From: Antechinus flavipes
Taxonomy: Eukaryota
Assembly (NCBI RefSeq): GCF_016432865.1
Contig: NC_067399.1
Coordinates: forward strand, 225,928,001 to 225,992,000
DNA: 64,000 nucleotides
Direction of reading: 5' to 3'
The translations under genes were made by a program, and so were the position numbers. Below, piece by piece: positions 1-12,924 of the stretch; within the stretch, counting starts at the first letter, position 1; every line of letters starts with the position of its first letter. Under the pieces are notes generated by a model. It was not told where the DNA came from and ran no database searches. It was given only the letters and a program-made list of their open reading frames with translations.

Positions 1-32
1 AACAAGCATTTGTTAAGTATCTGCTATTACCA

Positions 33-240
33 GGGCAGCTGGATAGTGAAGTGAATAGAGTGTTGGACCTAGTTAATATTCCTGAGTTCAAATCTGGCCT
101 CAGACACTTACTGTGGTGACTCTGGGCTAGTCACTTAACCCCTTTTGCCTCAGTTTCCTCATCTATAAAATGAGTTGGAAAAGGAAATGTCAAAGCACTC
201 TAGCATCTTTGCCAAGAAAACCTCAAATGGGCCATGAAAA
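33..240 (+). mobile_element. MAR1-type CORE-SINE
   Basis: tRNA-like head gggcagctggatagtg...gagttcaaat, CORE cctcagtttcctcatctataaaatg, RTE-like tail ggaaatgtcaaagcactctagcatctttgccaagaaaac. Confidence 0.85.
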
Positions 241-269
241 ATAAAATGCACCAAATGCTGTGTTAAACA

Positions 270-435
270 CTGTATAAATATCTTATTTGATCCTTGCTAT
301 GACGCCAGGAGGTAGACGCTATTACTGAAAAAACAGGCTCTGTGACTTGTCCAGGGTCAGCTAATAAGTGTCTGAGGCTGCATTTGAACTCTGGTCTCCC
401 CATCTCTAGGTCTAATTGCACCGTTTAGCTACCTC
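270..435 (-). mobile_element. Decayed MIR/CORE-SINE
   Basis: gtgacttgtccagggtcagctaataagtgtctgaggctgcatttgaactc. Confidence 0.6.
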
Positions 436-867
436 ACTTTCCAGAATTCACCTGGGGAGGAGGCAGGCTGGAGATCTGATCCTAGATGGGTTTAGCTCAC
501 AAGCTCTATACCCAGGCTCTGGGTGAGGGATCAGCAAGGAAAGCTGTATCCCCCTCAGCCCAGAGCTGGACGGCTGCTGCCTCCCTTCCCCTGGGGAATG
601 GCAGCTGTGGGAGATCATGCAAAATCAGCTGCATTGTCCACCTCTGGGCAGGAGGCCGGGCTTCCCCGCTGTGTCTCCTTCCATGTTCTCCAGAGCTGAG
701 GAGAGCTGGAGTTTGGGGTTTTGGGGAATGGGGAAGGACACCAAGTGATGGAGGTGCAGTTTTCAGATATGGTCACAAAGGGGCAGTGTGAATCTATATA
801 CAAATAAGCCCATTGTTGTGAAGATTCTGGGATGAATTTTAAAAGGGGTATGGGTGGGGAGCTCCCT

Positions 868-965
868 TTTTGGTCAGCCTCTTTTGGATGTCCTCCAACT
901 TATCAATAGTTTTTAAAAAATGTGACGTCCAGAAACGAACACAAGATTTCATATATAATCTGGTC
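868..965 (-). mobile_element. CR1/L3 LINE ORF2 C-terminal fragment
   Basis: Translates CVRFWTSHFLKTIDKLEDIQKRLTK, similar to the CR1 motif [25 protein letters not shown]. Confidence 0.7.
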
Positions 966-1039
966 AAGGAAGAGGAAACAATCACTTCCCATGTTCTGTT
1001 GTGGTTCAGTGGAGGGTGCAAGAAGGGATTGCACTTTAG

Positions 1040-1352
1040 GTGGAAGGATTTGCTCATCCATCCTTGGTCAGTACCCAGCACTCAGCTCTCACCTGTGGTT
1101 TCCATGCAGCATGTGCAGTGGCCACATCCCAGCAAAACCCATGGGCTGAACCAGGGGGAGGATGATGGACAGACGTCCAAGCTATTGGTGAGTCAGGGGG
1201 ATGTCCCCCCCCCCCCCCCAGCATGTGGAGACGGCCTCCAGAGAATGGGCAGATGAAAACAGTTTGTTCCAAAGGCTGTGAAGGCAGCGGCCACCAGACG
1301 TCAATAACTCAGAGTGAGGTTGAAGACCTTGCAACTCTACCTTACTTAAATC
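1040..1352 (+). mobile_element. RTE-related SINE (RTESINE/WALLSI-like), internally deleted
   Basis: ctcacctgtggtttcc...ggtgagtcagggggatgtccccc...gaatgggcagatgaaaacagtttgttcc...agagtgaggttgaagaccttgcaactctaccttacttaaatcc resembles marsupial RTE-SINE consensus as recalled. Confidence 0.6.
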
Positions 1353-1354
1353 CA

Positions 1355-2270
1355 TTGTACATAGGAGTCCAAACCTCTCTGGTCTTCCAAATGGACAAAC
1401 CCAGCAGCATCAACTCCCTCACTGTGCATGGAATGGCAACCCATGGGACTGCCCTACCTGCCATAGGAAGTCACCCTTTTACACATGTACTATGTGGTAT
1501 AAATGCTTGTCACTCATGGGGAGCTACACCCATTACTTTCCCATTTATGTTAAACAAGAGTAATAGGAGAGTTTTTTCAAATTTTTTGATAAAATCTATA
1601 TTCTGGGGGGCCTTCCTTCCTATTTCTTGACATTGCAGATATGTTAATGGAAATCTCCTACAAGCCGACTCTTACTTTTACAATGTAATCAGCTCTATTC
1701 TTTTGAAAAATCTAATCACTGTGCCTTCTTTGATGACAATCCTTATTATCTTATTATAGTGTTCCTTTATAGTTCCTTGCTTGTGGGGGTGCAGCCTGCC
1801 TGTGACCACCAGGTGACTGCCCTTTGCATGATTCTCATTTTCAGTTCTCCTAAAACTATAGTACCCTATGACTCTGAGGGATATAATAGAAATTCAGGGA
1901 GAATTGTGGGTTCATGTAAAGAACATTGCGGTTTCCCAAAAACCTCCTATCCAGTTTTAGATCTAAGTCAAAGTCCAGTTGTATCTAAGACATCTTAGAT
2001 GGATTCTCTAGGTTATCCATCCAATTGGGTGTCATCATAGCTTTGATAAGAAGGGATTTTTCATATACATGACTTTTCCCAGTAAGGATAATTAGGTTGA
2101 ATAAACTCTTTTGAATGATTATAGACATCATTTAGGAGGTTTTGCAATATTCTGGAGGCAGTCAGCATAATGTCATCCATAAATAGAAGCATCAGAAAGA
2201 CTTCACCATTTATCATTCTAACGTGGACAGTAAATTTGACATCCTTCGGGATATTCAATATGTTCCCCAT
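1355..2270 (-). mobile_element. RTE-clade LINE 3' relic
   Basis: ORF 2061-2270 gives GEVFLMLLFMDDIMLTASRILQNLLNDVYNHSKEF (RT FADD motif region); RTE-like C-terminal remnant near 1600-1640. Confidence 0.75.
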
Positions 2271-2469
2271 CTGATACTTTTTTTTTCTGATATCAATGAT
2301 ACAGTTGTTAAAAAAAAAAGGCTATATCATCATTATATCTTTCAGAAAATCTTATAGAATTGTCACAATATCACAAAAGTATACCACACAAAACATATAT
2401 AAAGTATATACATCTTTTGCTGAAAAGCAAATGTGTAGTATTTTAAAAGTATGTAATGTTTAATAGAAT

Positions 2470-2645
2470 GATAGGCTGAAAATCAGGAAGGCGTGAATTC
2501 AAATCATACTTCTATGACAAAAGGAAGTTTTTTAATTTCTCTAAGCTTCAGTTTCTCATCTTTAAAATGAGAGCAATAATACTTGGAATACCTATTTTTA
2601 AAGGATTATTGTGAGAGTCAAATAAAATCCTATATGAAAGTATAT
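2470..2645 (+). mobile_element. MIR SINE
   Basis: CORE ctctaagcttcagtttctcatctttaaaatgag...attgtgagagtcaaataaaat. Confidence 0.7.
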
Positions 2646-2684
2646 ACAGCATCACTTAAGTTCTGTTGTTAATCCTGCCTGACT

Positions 2685-2903
2685 CTTTGTGTTTGCATGT
2701 GGGTTTTTCTTCCAAAGATACTAGAGTGGTTTACCATTTCCTTTTCCAGATCATTTTATAAATGAGCAAACTTAGACAAACAGGGCTAAGTGACTTGCCC
2801 AAGGTCACACAACTAGTAAGTATCTGAGGCTAAACTGAACTCAGAAAGATGAGTCTGCCTGATTTTAAGTCCAGTGTTCTATCCACTATACAATCTGGCT
2901 GCT
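2685..2903 (-). mobile_element. MAR1-type CORE-SINE
   Basis: Reverse copy of the family seen at 33-240. Confidence 0.8.
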
Positions 2904-3476
2904 CTGTCATTTCAGATATAATTATTTTTTTTTAACAATTTTCTCATTCTTCTGTCTTTTGATGGCATTTAGATAGAAACAATCTAAGCACATCATTATC
3001 CTAATATTCTTTTATATTTGACACTTTTCAGACTATTTTGTAGATAGATAAAAGATCTATATGATAAGATAAGAGTATTTCTGTCAAATCTCTGAAAGCA
3101 TTTTTGGGAAAATTCTAGTAGCCCACAGGATAACAGGGCTGTTGTACCTTATCTTATTCTATCATAATATTAATTTCTTCTGCTTCCTATATTTTAAATT
3201 TTTTTTATTTCATGTAGCTTAGACATTATGAATATTCAATAATGTAACATTTATTAAATATGTTGTTCATAGTCCAGGCAACTCATCTGATTGAATTGAT
3301 TCTCCTGTTCTGATAGGTTTTATTTGCTGAATTCTTAAGGATATTTTGAGGTTTGTATTTATAATATAGTGATTTGTCATCTGTTAGTTTTTCATTATCC
3401 TTATAAGATTATAAACTTGTGGGATACAATTCTAGTTCTCTAACATGTCTAGGGATCACCTAGGTATCAGTTGAGA

Positions 3477-3705
3477 TAGCTAGGTGGTACACTAGACAGA
3501 GCACGTAGAGTCAGGAAGATCTGAGATCTTAGTGATCTTAGACTCTTCTTAACTGTTCGACCCTAGACAAGTCATTTAATCCCATTTGCCTCAGTTTCCT
3601 CATCTGTAAAATGAGTTGCGAAGGAAATGGCAGATCACTCCAGTATCTTTGCCAAGAAAATCCCAAGTGGGATCACAAAGAATAGGATACAATTGAAAAA
3701 CAACT
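3477..3705 (+). mobile_element. MAR1-type CORE-SINE
   Basis: agctaggtggtacact...cctcagtttcctcatctgtaaaatgag...ggaaatggcagatcactccagtatctttgccaagaaaa. Confidence 0.85.
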
Positions 3706-4619
3706 ATTTCCTGAGGTGTCAGTTGATAGTAGGTTTTTGCATTCTAAAGCAGGCTTTTAATTTCTACCACTGATTTTCTATAATTTCATTCATCTGATGG
3801 ATTAACTAATCTAGCTCATTAAGGGGGGACTTTTCCCACAATATCTAATGGCAAAGCCTGATCTTGAATCACCAGCAGAAACTTCTCCATTTCTATAAAC
3901 AACTATTCATGATTCAGTCACTGGTTTGACACTTCTTTGTCAACATCTTGTTGCTTAAGTTCCTGTGGATGTTGCCCACATGGTGCTTTTTGGTTCCAAG
4001 TTTGGATTTGTCCCCGCTACTGGTTCCATATAGAGGTAAACCACCTTTAGTTATATTAGGCAAATGCAGTGGTAGCTTTTATCTGTTATCATTCTTTTCT
4101 ATTGCATTGTTTTGTTCCAAAAGTATTCCTGACATTTAAAGAATCTGTTTGTCATATGCTCTGAGAACATCTATTGATTTTCGTTTTCCCTTGTGGTGAG
4201 GAAAGTGTTCATCTTTCTAAAGATTGCTGGGGTAATAATGGACCCCGGGGAATTCCTGGGGTAATAAAAAAAAATTCCATAGGCTTACTGCTGTGTGGGT
4301 TTTTGATTGAATACATTCTAGATGCATCATTTTTTTTTACCATGTTTACCATATTTTTATCATGCCCAAACTAGTATTCTCCCATTCTTCTAATCTTGTT
4401 TGATGGAATTCAAATAAAAACAGTCTTTGAACAAGTTACTATGTACTATGCATGTTTATGATCAGTATTGTTTAAACAATATTGCATGGGTGGATAAGAT
4501 AACTGCTCTCTATAGTTGCATAGAAGCATTAAGGTAGATGCTCTTCTACAAGCTCACTGAAAGACATCTCAGTGCAACGTCAGTGACAGAATGGCAGGTA
4601 TCACAATCGCTTTTGCTCA

Positions 4620-4859
4620 GTCATTTGTTATTTAGAAGTGTCCAACTCTTTGTAACCCCATTTGGTGTTTTCTTGGCAGAGAGACTGGAGCGGTTTGCCA
4701 TTTCCTTCTGCAGCTCATTTTCCAGATAAGGAAACTGAGGCAAACAGGGTTAAGTAACTGGTCCAGAGTCATAGAGCTAGTGAGTATCTGAGAACTCAAG
4801 GAGATGAATCTTTGTGACTCCAGGCTTAGTGCTCTATCCACTGGGTTACCCAGCTGCCC
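4620..4859 (-). mobile_element. MAR1-type CORE-SINE
   Basis: Full-length reverse copy ending acccagctgccc. Confidence 0.85.
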
Positions 4860-5112
4860 AATGAGCTGTGCCTTATCATTAGCTAGAATTGGACTGAGCC
4901 TGCTTCTCTAATTTTTACTTTGACTAGATCTCGATATTTAAAGATTTTTCATTTGGTGAAACTTGGAGATTACAAGTTTTTCATATGGTGTTATTCTCAA
5001 GTTTCTAAAGATCAATGTTATATCCAGGTGATTGTGGGCGGAAGTTCAGTCTATGATAATGTTCCAGTTCTAGTTCAGTTTTTTGGCTGAGTTCTCAAGG
5101 ATATTTTGAGCA

Positions 5113-5272
5113 TTTTGGAAGGGCTGTGGGAAAACAGGTACATTCATGCTGTTGGTGAAGCTGTGAATTGTTCCAGTCATTCTGGAAAGTGATTTGGAAC
5201 TATGCTCCCAGAGTTATAAAATTGTGCATTCACTTTGATCCAACTGTACCATTAAAAGACCTATACCCTGAA
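5113..5272 (+). mobile_element. L1 ORF2 C-terminal fragment
   Basis: ttggaagggctgtgggaaaacaggtac...ctggaaagtgatttggaactatg. Confidence 0.7.
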
Positions 5273-6734
5273 CTATTTTGAGGTCTCTATTTGTAGCACT
5301 ATGTAGTTGAACAGTCAGACTTAGGGTAGGTTGATATCTCAGGTTTGAGACTGAAACAGAACTAGATACTTCTATTTCATATAACAGTTAATCAAAGGAG
5401 ATTTACTTAGCCATATAAAAGGAAGGGACATTTAAAGGCTATCAATCAATAGATCTTGTCAGTGCTGGCTATCATGCTTTATAGCATTCTAGGCACTAGA
5501 TGGTCTTGCTGGGTATTCAGTAAGTGGTTCATTTTTGTAGATTTCTATGATGTATTAGTTTCAATTTCCTTGCTTATTTGTCACTATATTTATCACTAAG
5601 TCCAAACTCCTTATTAATAACCTTTCTGTAATTTCTGGTGGTGAATACCTGGTCCTAAATTGCCAATAAAAATGCCTCCATTTCCACAAACAAACCTGCA
5701 CCACTTAGCCATTTGTTCAGTGCTTCTTTGTTGAAGCATATTGTTGTTTAAGTTCATGCAAATGAACTTAGGGCTTTTTGACTCCATCCTTGGGTTTTAA
5801 CCATTTTCTAGACTTTATCCAAAGGTATATGATATTCAGCTACTATTAATCAGTGGAATGAAGCCTGTTCTTTGTATTTCTTTGGGGTTTTGACCTAAAT
5901 AATATATCGTGTGCTATGAAGATGGCTATGGATCCTTTTCCTCTTTCTTTTGTTAAGAAGTAATAATCTTTCTACATAGCATGAGGTGAAAGGACTATGC
6001 TTTGTTAATATTATATAGGTTTTCATAAGCCAATTTTTCATTGTCTTTCTTTCATTTTTCATTTTAAAGTTCTGAAATTGTACATTAGGAATTATATTGT
6101 GGAAAGGTTATTTGCTTTAAACATGTTTCTTACATTGAGTTTTTTTTTTCAGCATTTAGCCATAGTTTCTCTCTTTGGTAAGTTTCTGTTCAATGTATTT
6201 TACCTGTAGGAGACTGAAATATCTATACATATCATTTGTGTTCATTGGGTCGTTATCTTTCCTTGGTGTACAATAAGATTTTACATTCATTGAGTCCAGT
6301 GATATTTTAATAACATTGGAGAACGATTATATGACATGAAGAAACTATTTAATGTGATTTTTGGTGAAACTATTTAGCTTGATGTCAGTCATTTGAATAC
6401 TGAAGACAGTTTTTTTCTGGACAGTAAGATTCTCAGCACCTGGACACAGGACTCTTGGGAGGTGAAAACTGAGTAAGTTTTAAAGGAAAAATAGTGATTC
6501 CCACCCCTCATTCCCTTTCAGTAGAGGGAAAATATCATACAAGTGGAATCTATGTGCTGAATAAGAAGCATACAGTTTGGAAGAAAAGTTTGGAGTGAAT
6601 AATTGAAGTCAGAAAGACAGTAGGAACATTTATTGCCACTTTAGTGTAAGAAGTCTAAACTATGCAGTTATCCTGAAGACTTTGACAGATTAAAGACTAT
6701 GACTGATTAGGTTTTCTAGGAAATATGGTGATCC

Positions 6735-6905
6735 TTTTTCCTTCTTCTCCTCTCCTCTCTCTTTGTCTCTCTCTCACTATGTTTTTCTCTGTCTCTCTCA
6801 TCATCTCCCTCCCTCTCTCCCTCTGTCTCTCGTTCTGTCTCTGTGCTTCTGTCTTTCTCTGTCTCTGTCTGTCTATCTCTCTCTGTCTCTGTCTCACTCC
6901 CCTCC
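6735..6905. repeat. CT/CTGT-rich simple repeat
   Basis: Degenerate (CT)n/(CTGT)n; explains ORFs 6697-6936 and 6725-6949. Confidence 0.9.
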
Positions 6906-7879
6906 CCATGCTAGTTTTTCTAGTCTTCCTGTTCATTAAGGTCCATTAATACTTTCCATTATAATTAGTACCATTGCCAAATAATGATATAATCAATCAT
7001 GACTGCTCTGGTTTGAGTGCATCAGTATTTGTGAGTGATGAGTTGCAGAAGAGAGTGGAACAGTGACTTATACACTGTACAGGAGAGAAGTGAGCGGATA
7101 GTAGAAGCCATCTCCACCAGAATTTTTACCTGAACAGTTTGGTTGAGGACTCAGAAGGTAAATGAGAGAAAATCTCATTGATGCTGATTTCCTATTTTAT
7201 AAACTTACTAAAACAAAGCAAATGTGGATCTAGGTTTTCTTTCCTAGGACCCAAACATAGCAGGTGGGCTGTCTGGCTTGTCGGGGAGAAGAAGAATGGG
7301 CATTGCTCAGTAAATTAGTTCAATAAAATAATTATAGTGGGATTTCATCTTCTCTGCATCTTTTAGTGCAGAGTTATATGATAAAAAGATGTGGTCTACT
7401 GTGCTTACAAATCTTGAGTTGATTCAGCTGAGCGAAGTTCCCTTGCCTAACTAAGTTCCCCATCATTTTTCACCAGCTAAATCAGCAAGTATCTGTAGCT
7501 TCTAATGCATAAAACAAAACTTTTTTCCCTTTTTCTTTTTGGTATTCAGACTACCAGGAAATAATACAAACAGCTTGAGCCTTTAGAACTCTAAGTCAAC
7601 CAGGTCTCAAGGATGGCCTCCATATACTTTAAGGAAAACTAGCCTAACTTGCATGGGGGCTATGCCTGGAAGTGCTATTCCTTTCTTGCTTTTGCTTTTG
7701 TGAATACTTAGTTCCCTTCAAGGGTCAGTTCCAATATCATCCCTTACAAGAGACCTTTACTCATTCTCCTACTTGTTATAGTCAACTGTCTCCATGAACC
7801 AAAATACTTTGTATTTATTTTATATATTTTTTGCATTTTCTTAACTGTTTACATTACATTTTTCCTCATTAGAATATAA

Positions 7880-8365
7880 TTTCTGCTTATTGTGTAATAA
7901 AGAATTGGAAATAAATAACTATTGATTGGAAAAACACTAAACAAATTTTGGTGCATGAATTAATAATATTGTATTATACTAAGCAATGAATATAAAAAAT
8001 TCAGGGAAGCATTCAGGAACCAATCTGAACTGATGCAGAACTAAGTACCTTGAGCCAGAAAAAAAAAAAATCATAAGCACAATTACTGTAAAATTGTAAA
8101 TAGAAAGAACAACACTAAAAGGGAACCATGATGTATAATGATAATGACCAAGAAGCTTGGCCCTGGAAAAGACAAGAAAATTTTGTTGCAGATGGAGGAG
8201 ACTATGGATTGTAGAATATTTTATATATTGCCATATTAAATTGATGTGATAGTTGGTTTTATTGAACTAATTCCTCTCTTTTTTATTCTTTGTTATGAAT
8301 AGTAACATACTTTGTTTGCAAGGAAAAGCAAAAAAGGAAATGAAGATATATAAAAGATATATCTT
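7880..8365 (+). mobile_element. Old L1 3' end fragment
   Basis: aacaaattttggtgcatgaat...aatctgaactgatgcagaa...gaggagactatggattgtagaat. Confidence 0.65.
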
Positions 8366-8374
8366 TATATATTT

Positions 8375-8811
8375 TTCCTCTTTTTAAATTTGCTTAACAT
8401 TCACTCAAAATTGAATTCCAAATTCTCTCTTGCCCATCCCTCACCCATTGAGAAGGTAAGCAATATATCAATTATGCATATGAATTCATGCAAAACATAT
8501 TTCCATATTAACTATGTTGAAAACAAACCAAAACAATAAAAAGCAAGAAACATAAAGAAGGCAAAATAAGTATTCTTCAATTTATACTCAGTTCATCAGT
8601 TCTCTCTCTGGAAGTTGATAGGTAGTATTTTTTCATCATAAGTTCTTTGAAATTATTTTAGGTCATTGTATAGCTAAATCATTGTACAACATCACTATTA
8701 GTGTGGAAACTTTTCCCAGTTCTGCTCACTTCACTGTTCATTAGTTCATAGGTTTTTCTGAAATTATTTTGCTCATTTCTTACACCATGAATTTATATTA
8801 AAGATATAATA

Positions 8812-8844
<33 letters not shown>

Positions 8845-9845
8845 TCCATCACAATTATATACTACAACTTGTTTAGCCATTCCCTAAATGACAAGTATCC
8901 ACTCAAATTTCAATTCTTAGCCACCACAAAAAGAATTGCTATAAATATTTTTATACATATGAGGTCTTTTTGCCTTTCTTTGATCTCTTTAATAATGATA
9001 TTGCTGAGTCAAAGGGTATGCAAAGTTTTATAGCCTTTTGGGCACAGTTCCAAATTGTTCTTCAGAATGTTGAGATGAGTTCATAATTCTGCCAACAGTG
9101 CATTAGTATCCCAGTTTTTCTACATCCTCTCCAGTATATATCATTTTCTTTTCCTGTCATGTTAGTCAATCTGATAGGTATGAGGTGCTATCTCAGAGTT
9201 GTTTTAATTTGCATTTCTCTAATCAATAGTGACTTAGATAATTTTTTTTATGTGACTATATGTGACAATAGCTTTGGTTTCTTCTTACAAAAAACACTTA
9301 TTCATATGCTTTGACCAATGTTCAATTAAGGAATGGCTTTTATTTTTTAAAAACTTGGCTCCATTCCATACATATTTTGAGAAATGAGGCCCATTTCTGA
9401 GAAGTTTGCCATAAAAATTCTTTGCCAAATTCCTGCTTTCCTTTTAATTTTTGCTGATTGGTTTTGTTTGTGCAAAACTTTATTAACTTTAAGTATTCAA
9501 AATTATCTATTATGCTTCTTGAGTTCATCTCTATCTCTTCTTTGATCATAAGCTCTTTCCTTACCCACAAATTTAATAGGTAAAATTTCCCATACTCCTC
9601 AATTTACTTATACAAATCATCCTTTATATACAATTTACCCATTTTCACCTTCTTTTGGGGAGACGTTGATCTATACCTAGTTTTTGCCTGTTTTCCAGTT
9701 TTCCCAGCAATTTTTGACAATGGTGAGTTCTTACTCCAAAAGTGTGGATCTTTGGATTTGTCAAACACTAGATTACTATGATGATTTACTATTGTGCATT
9801 GTATACCTAATCTATTCCACTGATTCATGACTATCTCATAGCCAA
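8375..9845 (-). mobile_element. 5'-truncated L1 (ORF2 tail plus 3'UTR)
   Basis: ORFs 9604-9828 (NQWNRLG...NLVFDKSKDP) and 9340-9570 (IDNFEYLKLIKFCTNKTN) match the L1 ORF2 C-terminus. Confidence 0.9.
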
Positions 9846-9854
9846 TCCCAGATT

Positions 9855-10013
9855 TCTTTTCTTTTCTTTTCTTTTTTTGCTGAGATATTTGGGGTTAAGT
9901 GGCTTGCCCAGGGTCACACAGCTAGAAAGTATTAAATGTTTGAGGTCACATTTGAACCCAGGTCCTCCTGACTCCAGGGCTGGTGCTCTGCCCACTGCAC
10001 CACCTAGCTGTCC
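9855..10013 (-). mobile_element. WSINE1-like SINE
   Basis: poly-T then gctgagatatttggggttaagtggcttgcccagggtcacacagctag...ccactgcaccacctagctgtccc. Confidence 0.9.
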
Positions 10014-10034
10014 CTCTATCTAGATTTTCAAGAG

Positions 10035-10150
10035 GATATAAGCTCATTAAGGTCAGGAACTGTTTTGTTTTGTTTTTCTTCTTTATCTTCAATACTTGGC
10101 ATAATGTCCTGTACATACTAGGAATTTAATATGTGCTTGCTTAATTCATT
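10035..10150 (+). mobile_element. L2 3' tail fragment
   Basis: agctcattaaggtcaggaactg...cctgtacatactaggaatttaatatgtgcttg. Confidence 0.6.
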
Positions 10151-11338
10151 TTTTGTTGTCCTCATTATGTCAGTTGATTTACATCTGTGAAACTTTAATG
10201 TGACCTTATAATTGGTGGTATATTTTTTCTTCTATTGATTACCTTTTTTGTATCAATAATTTGGTTAGAATGGAATTGTTTTGGTTAAATACTCTATCTT
10301 TCCCACTTTTAATCTTTCTTCTAGTTTTGTATTAATTTAAATCTTTGTTCCAACAAGTTGGTGGTCTGAGTGCCCACAGACAGCTGATTCAGGAACTGAT
10401 TCATTCTATTTTTGTTAAAATATAATCAATTTTATTTTTTATACTGTTATTTCTCTTATCTGTCTGAAATCTTTTGATTCTTTTCTCAAGGAAACTATTC
10501 AGGACATATAGTTGTTTGCCCTTTTGTGGTCTAAAAGTCTTTAGCTTCTGAAATTTCTTATTTCTAAGCTATATTTTCTTCTATTTTTTGCATGTGGTTC
10601 TATTTTATTTAAAAATTAACAAAAAATCTATTTTCTTTCTTTTGCCCTTCCATGTAGAAAAAGAAAAGGGAAAAAAACTTGTAACAAATATACAGTCTCA
10701 TTCTGCTGCCTGATTCAATTCTCCTCTATCAGAAGGTAAGTAACATGCTTTGTTATCAGTCTTCTGGAGTTATACTGAGCCATATTTTTCAACTTATTTT
10801 GTCTATTTCCATACTTTTCATTCATATAATCAAATATCAAAGTATATGCTGATTTAATTTGGAGGGTCTTATCCAGTTCCTCTTAAAATTCCTTTGCTTC
10901 TTCATTTTCTGTAGCATCATATGCTATAATGATTTTCTTGGTAGTCTATTTAAATATTTATCATGCAACATGAGATGACCAAACATCCCATAACAAATTG
11001 TCTCTTGTTACCTCACAATAAATACATTATCTGCCAACTCTTTTCTCTTTCTCCACCAATAAACCTCAAAGCCATTCTTCTGTTCAACTCTGACTTCCTT
11101 CTGTATTCTGATTTTAGTTATTGTGAGAATATCAAGATTGACATGATTTAGTTCCAGTCTCACTTCTGGTAATGATCTTCATGCTTAAGTAAGGCTAGTT
11201 CTTAGAAAGCAGTTTCTCCCTGGGACTATATTTGAAAGCTTTTCCAGCATAGTTAACTCTGCAGGTCACTTACATGCTATGATGATGTGGCAGTGGAGGG
11301 TGTGGTAGATTGTCAGTCATCTAAAATGGCTTATTCTT

Positions 11339-11474
11339 TTCTTTCTTTCTTTTTTTTTACTGAGACAATTGGGGTTAAGTGACTCTCCCAGGTTCACACA
11401 GCTAGGAATTGTTAGGAACTCCTCCTGACTCCAGGGCTGATGCTCTGTCCACTGCACCACCTGGCTGCCCCTTC
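11339..11474 (-). mobile_element. WSINE1-like SINE, internally deleted, 14-bp TSD
   Basis: TSD aatggcttattctt at 11325-11338 and 11475-11488. Confidence 0.9.
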
Positions 11475-11499
11475 AATGGCTTATTCTTGAAGTCTGGCC

Positions 11500-12290
11500 A
11501 TTTGCCCTTCTCTGATCTTGTGGTATCTCTGACTCTCTAGACTTTCAGAAGCCACTGATCTTGCTTCCACAATTACATTTATTAGTCCCTCAGTACTTTG
11601 GGATGAATTTCATTTGTGTTGAACTCTTCTGCTCTTCACTAACTCCCATTGGCTATTGTCTTTCCTTGGCATTCTCCCTGGCAAAGAAAAGAGTTGAAAA
11701 GTTCTGACCTTTTCTCCAGCTGTGATCCTGAGCAGTGGTCCTGTTTATTCTTTGACTTTCTTTTCCCACAATGTAACTTTAAATTTGGGAGTTTCCTCAT
11801 GAGCCTCAACCCATTCTAATCTTAAGCAACCCAGACATTATTCTTAGAGATCCAGGCTATTCTCTTGTATTCATCTTTCTATGATGTTATTTTTCATAAT
11901 CTACTTTTGTATCCATTTTCTATGTCTCTTTAAAAAATCTTAAATCATTTTCTTGTTTATTTACATTGATCTCCTTAGACAATTCCCTTTTCATCTTCAC
12001 TTTGTAATTGTTTCTTTCTATGATTTCATAACCTTGAGAGCTTCCTGTTGAACGTATTGTACAAGACTGTATGTATTCCATCTCTGAATTCTTTGAAATC
12101 TACTTTCCCAATATCTCCTCTACCACCAAATCTAAGATGAAATGATCGTTTCTCAAGATTCCCCTAGCACTTGCACCCTTCTCACTGGTCAGAAACAGGT
12201 CTAGCATTGCAATTCCCACATTGGTTTCTTATTGAAAGATGAAATTGTCAATAAAGCAAGACTAGGAATTTTATCGGTTATGTTTTTGGC
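11500..12290 (-). mobile_element. CR1/L3 LINE ORF2 relic (EN end and linker)
   Basis: Reverse strand gataaattcctagtcttgctttattgacaatttcatc...gctagacctgtttctgaccagtgagaa, similar to CR1 NKFL..LNDNF..ILDLILTN; also ggagaaaggtcagaacttttcaactc. Confidence 0.65.
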
Positions 12291-12924
12291 AAATCAATAG
12301 ACTGTGAGACAGTGATAGGGAGGAAGGAATGAATGCTGAATCTAGAATAAGAGTAAGAATATCCAGTCTATATAATACTGAGCCAATATATTACCATTGT
12401 GGAGGTGTTTCTGTATCAGCAAAATGAAGCAGTTGGACTCAAAGAACTTACTCTGGGCCCAAATCTATGAACCTATGTTCAGAACTTTTGACTCTTACTA
12501 CTTTGAAATGCCTTTGAGCTAGGCTTGTGATCAGCTTTTTTTAAACTAGAAAAGATCAGTCACTCTTTTCTTTACCAAGCTGAAAACTCTGATATGTTGG
12601 TTTGTCTCTCCCTCCCACTTTTAAAGAATTATTTTATTGTATATCATTTCTTCCTTCTGTCCAAAGTTTGGAGCACAGTTAATTTTATGGAATTCATGTT
12701 TCTTTCATGAATTTTCATCAAAATATTCTTCACCATGTTATTGTACTCTTTCTCATATACATTGCTTCTCTATCCTTTCTCTTACCCATCCTGTTCCTTT
12801 TGAATGAGACATGCTGTTCCAGTCTTAGCCCAGTCATGGGTTTTCATCTCATCAAACCTCATCGAAGTGATACCTACATTCCTTCTCCCATTAAGATCAC
12901 TAATGATCATTTTGCTGGTCATAC

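Larger units (their letters stand above)
2920..6500 (-). mobile_element. Highly decayed L1-clade ORF2 relic (EN to RT) interrupted by younger elements
   Basis: Weak but colinear motif remnants: NITGLN (~6330), SPG- (~4250), QDQ (~3865), LTDD (~3385). Confidence 0.35.

Noticed and set aside
486-1630. Cluster of 60-135 aa ORFs as exons of a neighbouring gene
   Set aside because: They overlap in all frames, show no recognisable protein, and are largely explained by CR1, RTE-SINE and RTE remnants plus high GC.
6697-6949. Arg/Gln/Glu-rich and Leu/Ser/Cys-rich ORFs
   Set aside because: Translation artefacts of a CT-rich simple repeat.
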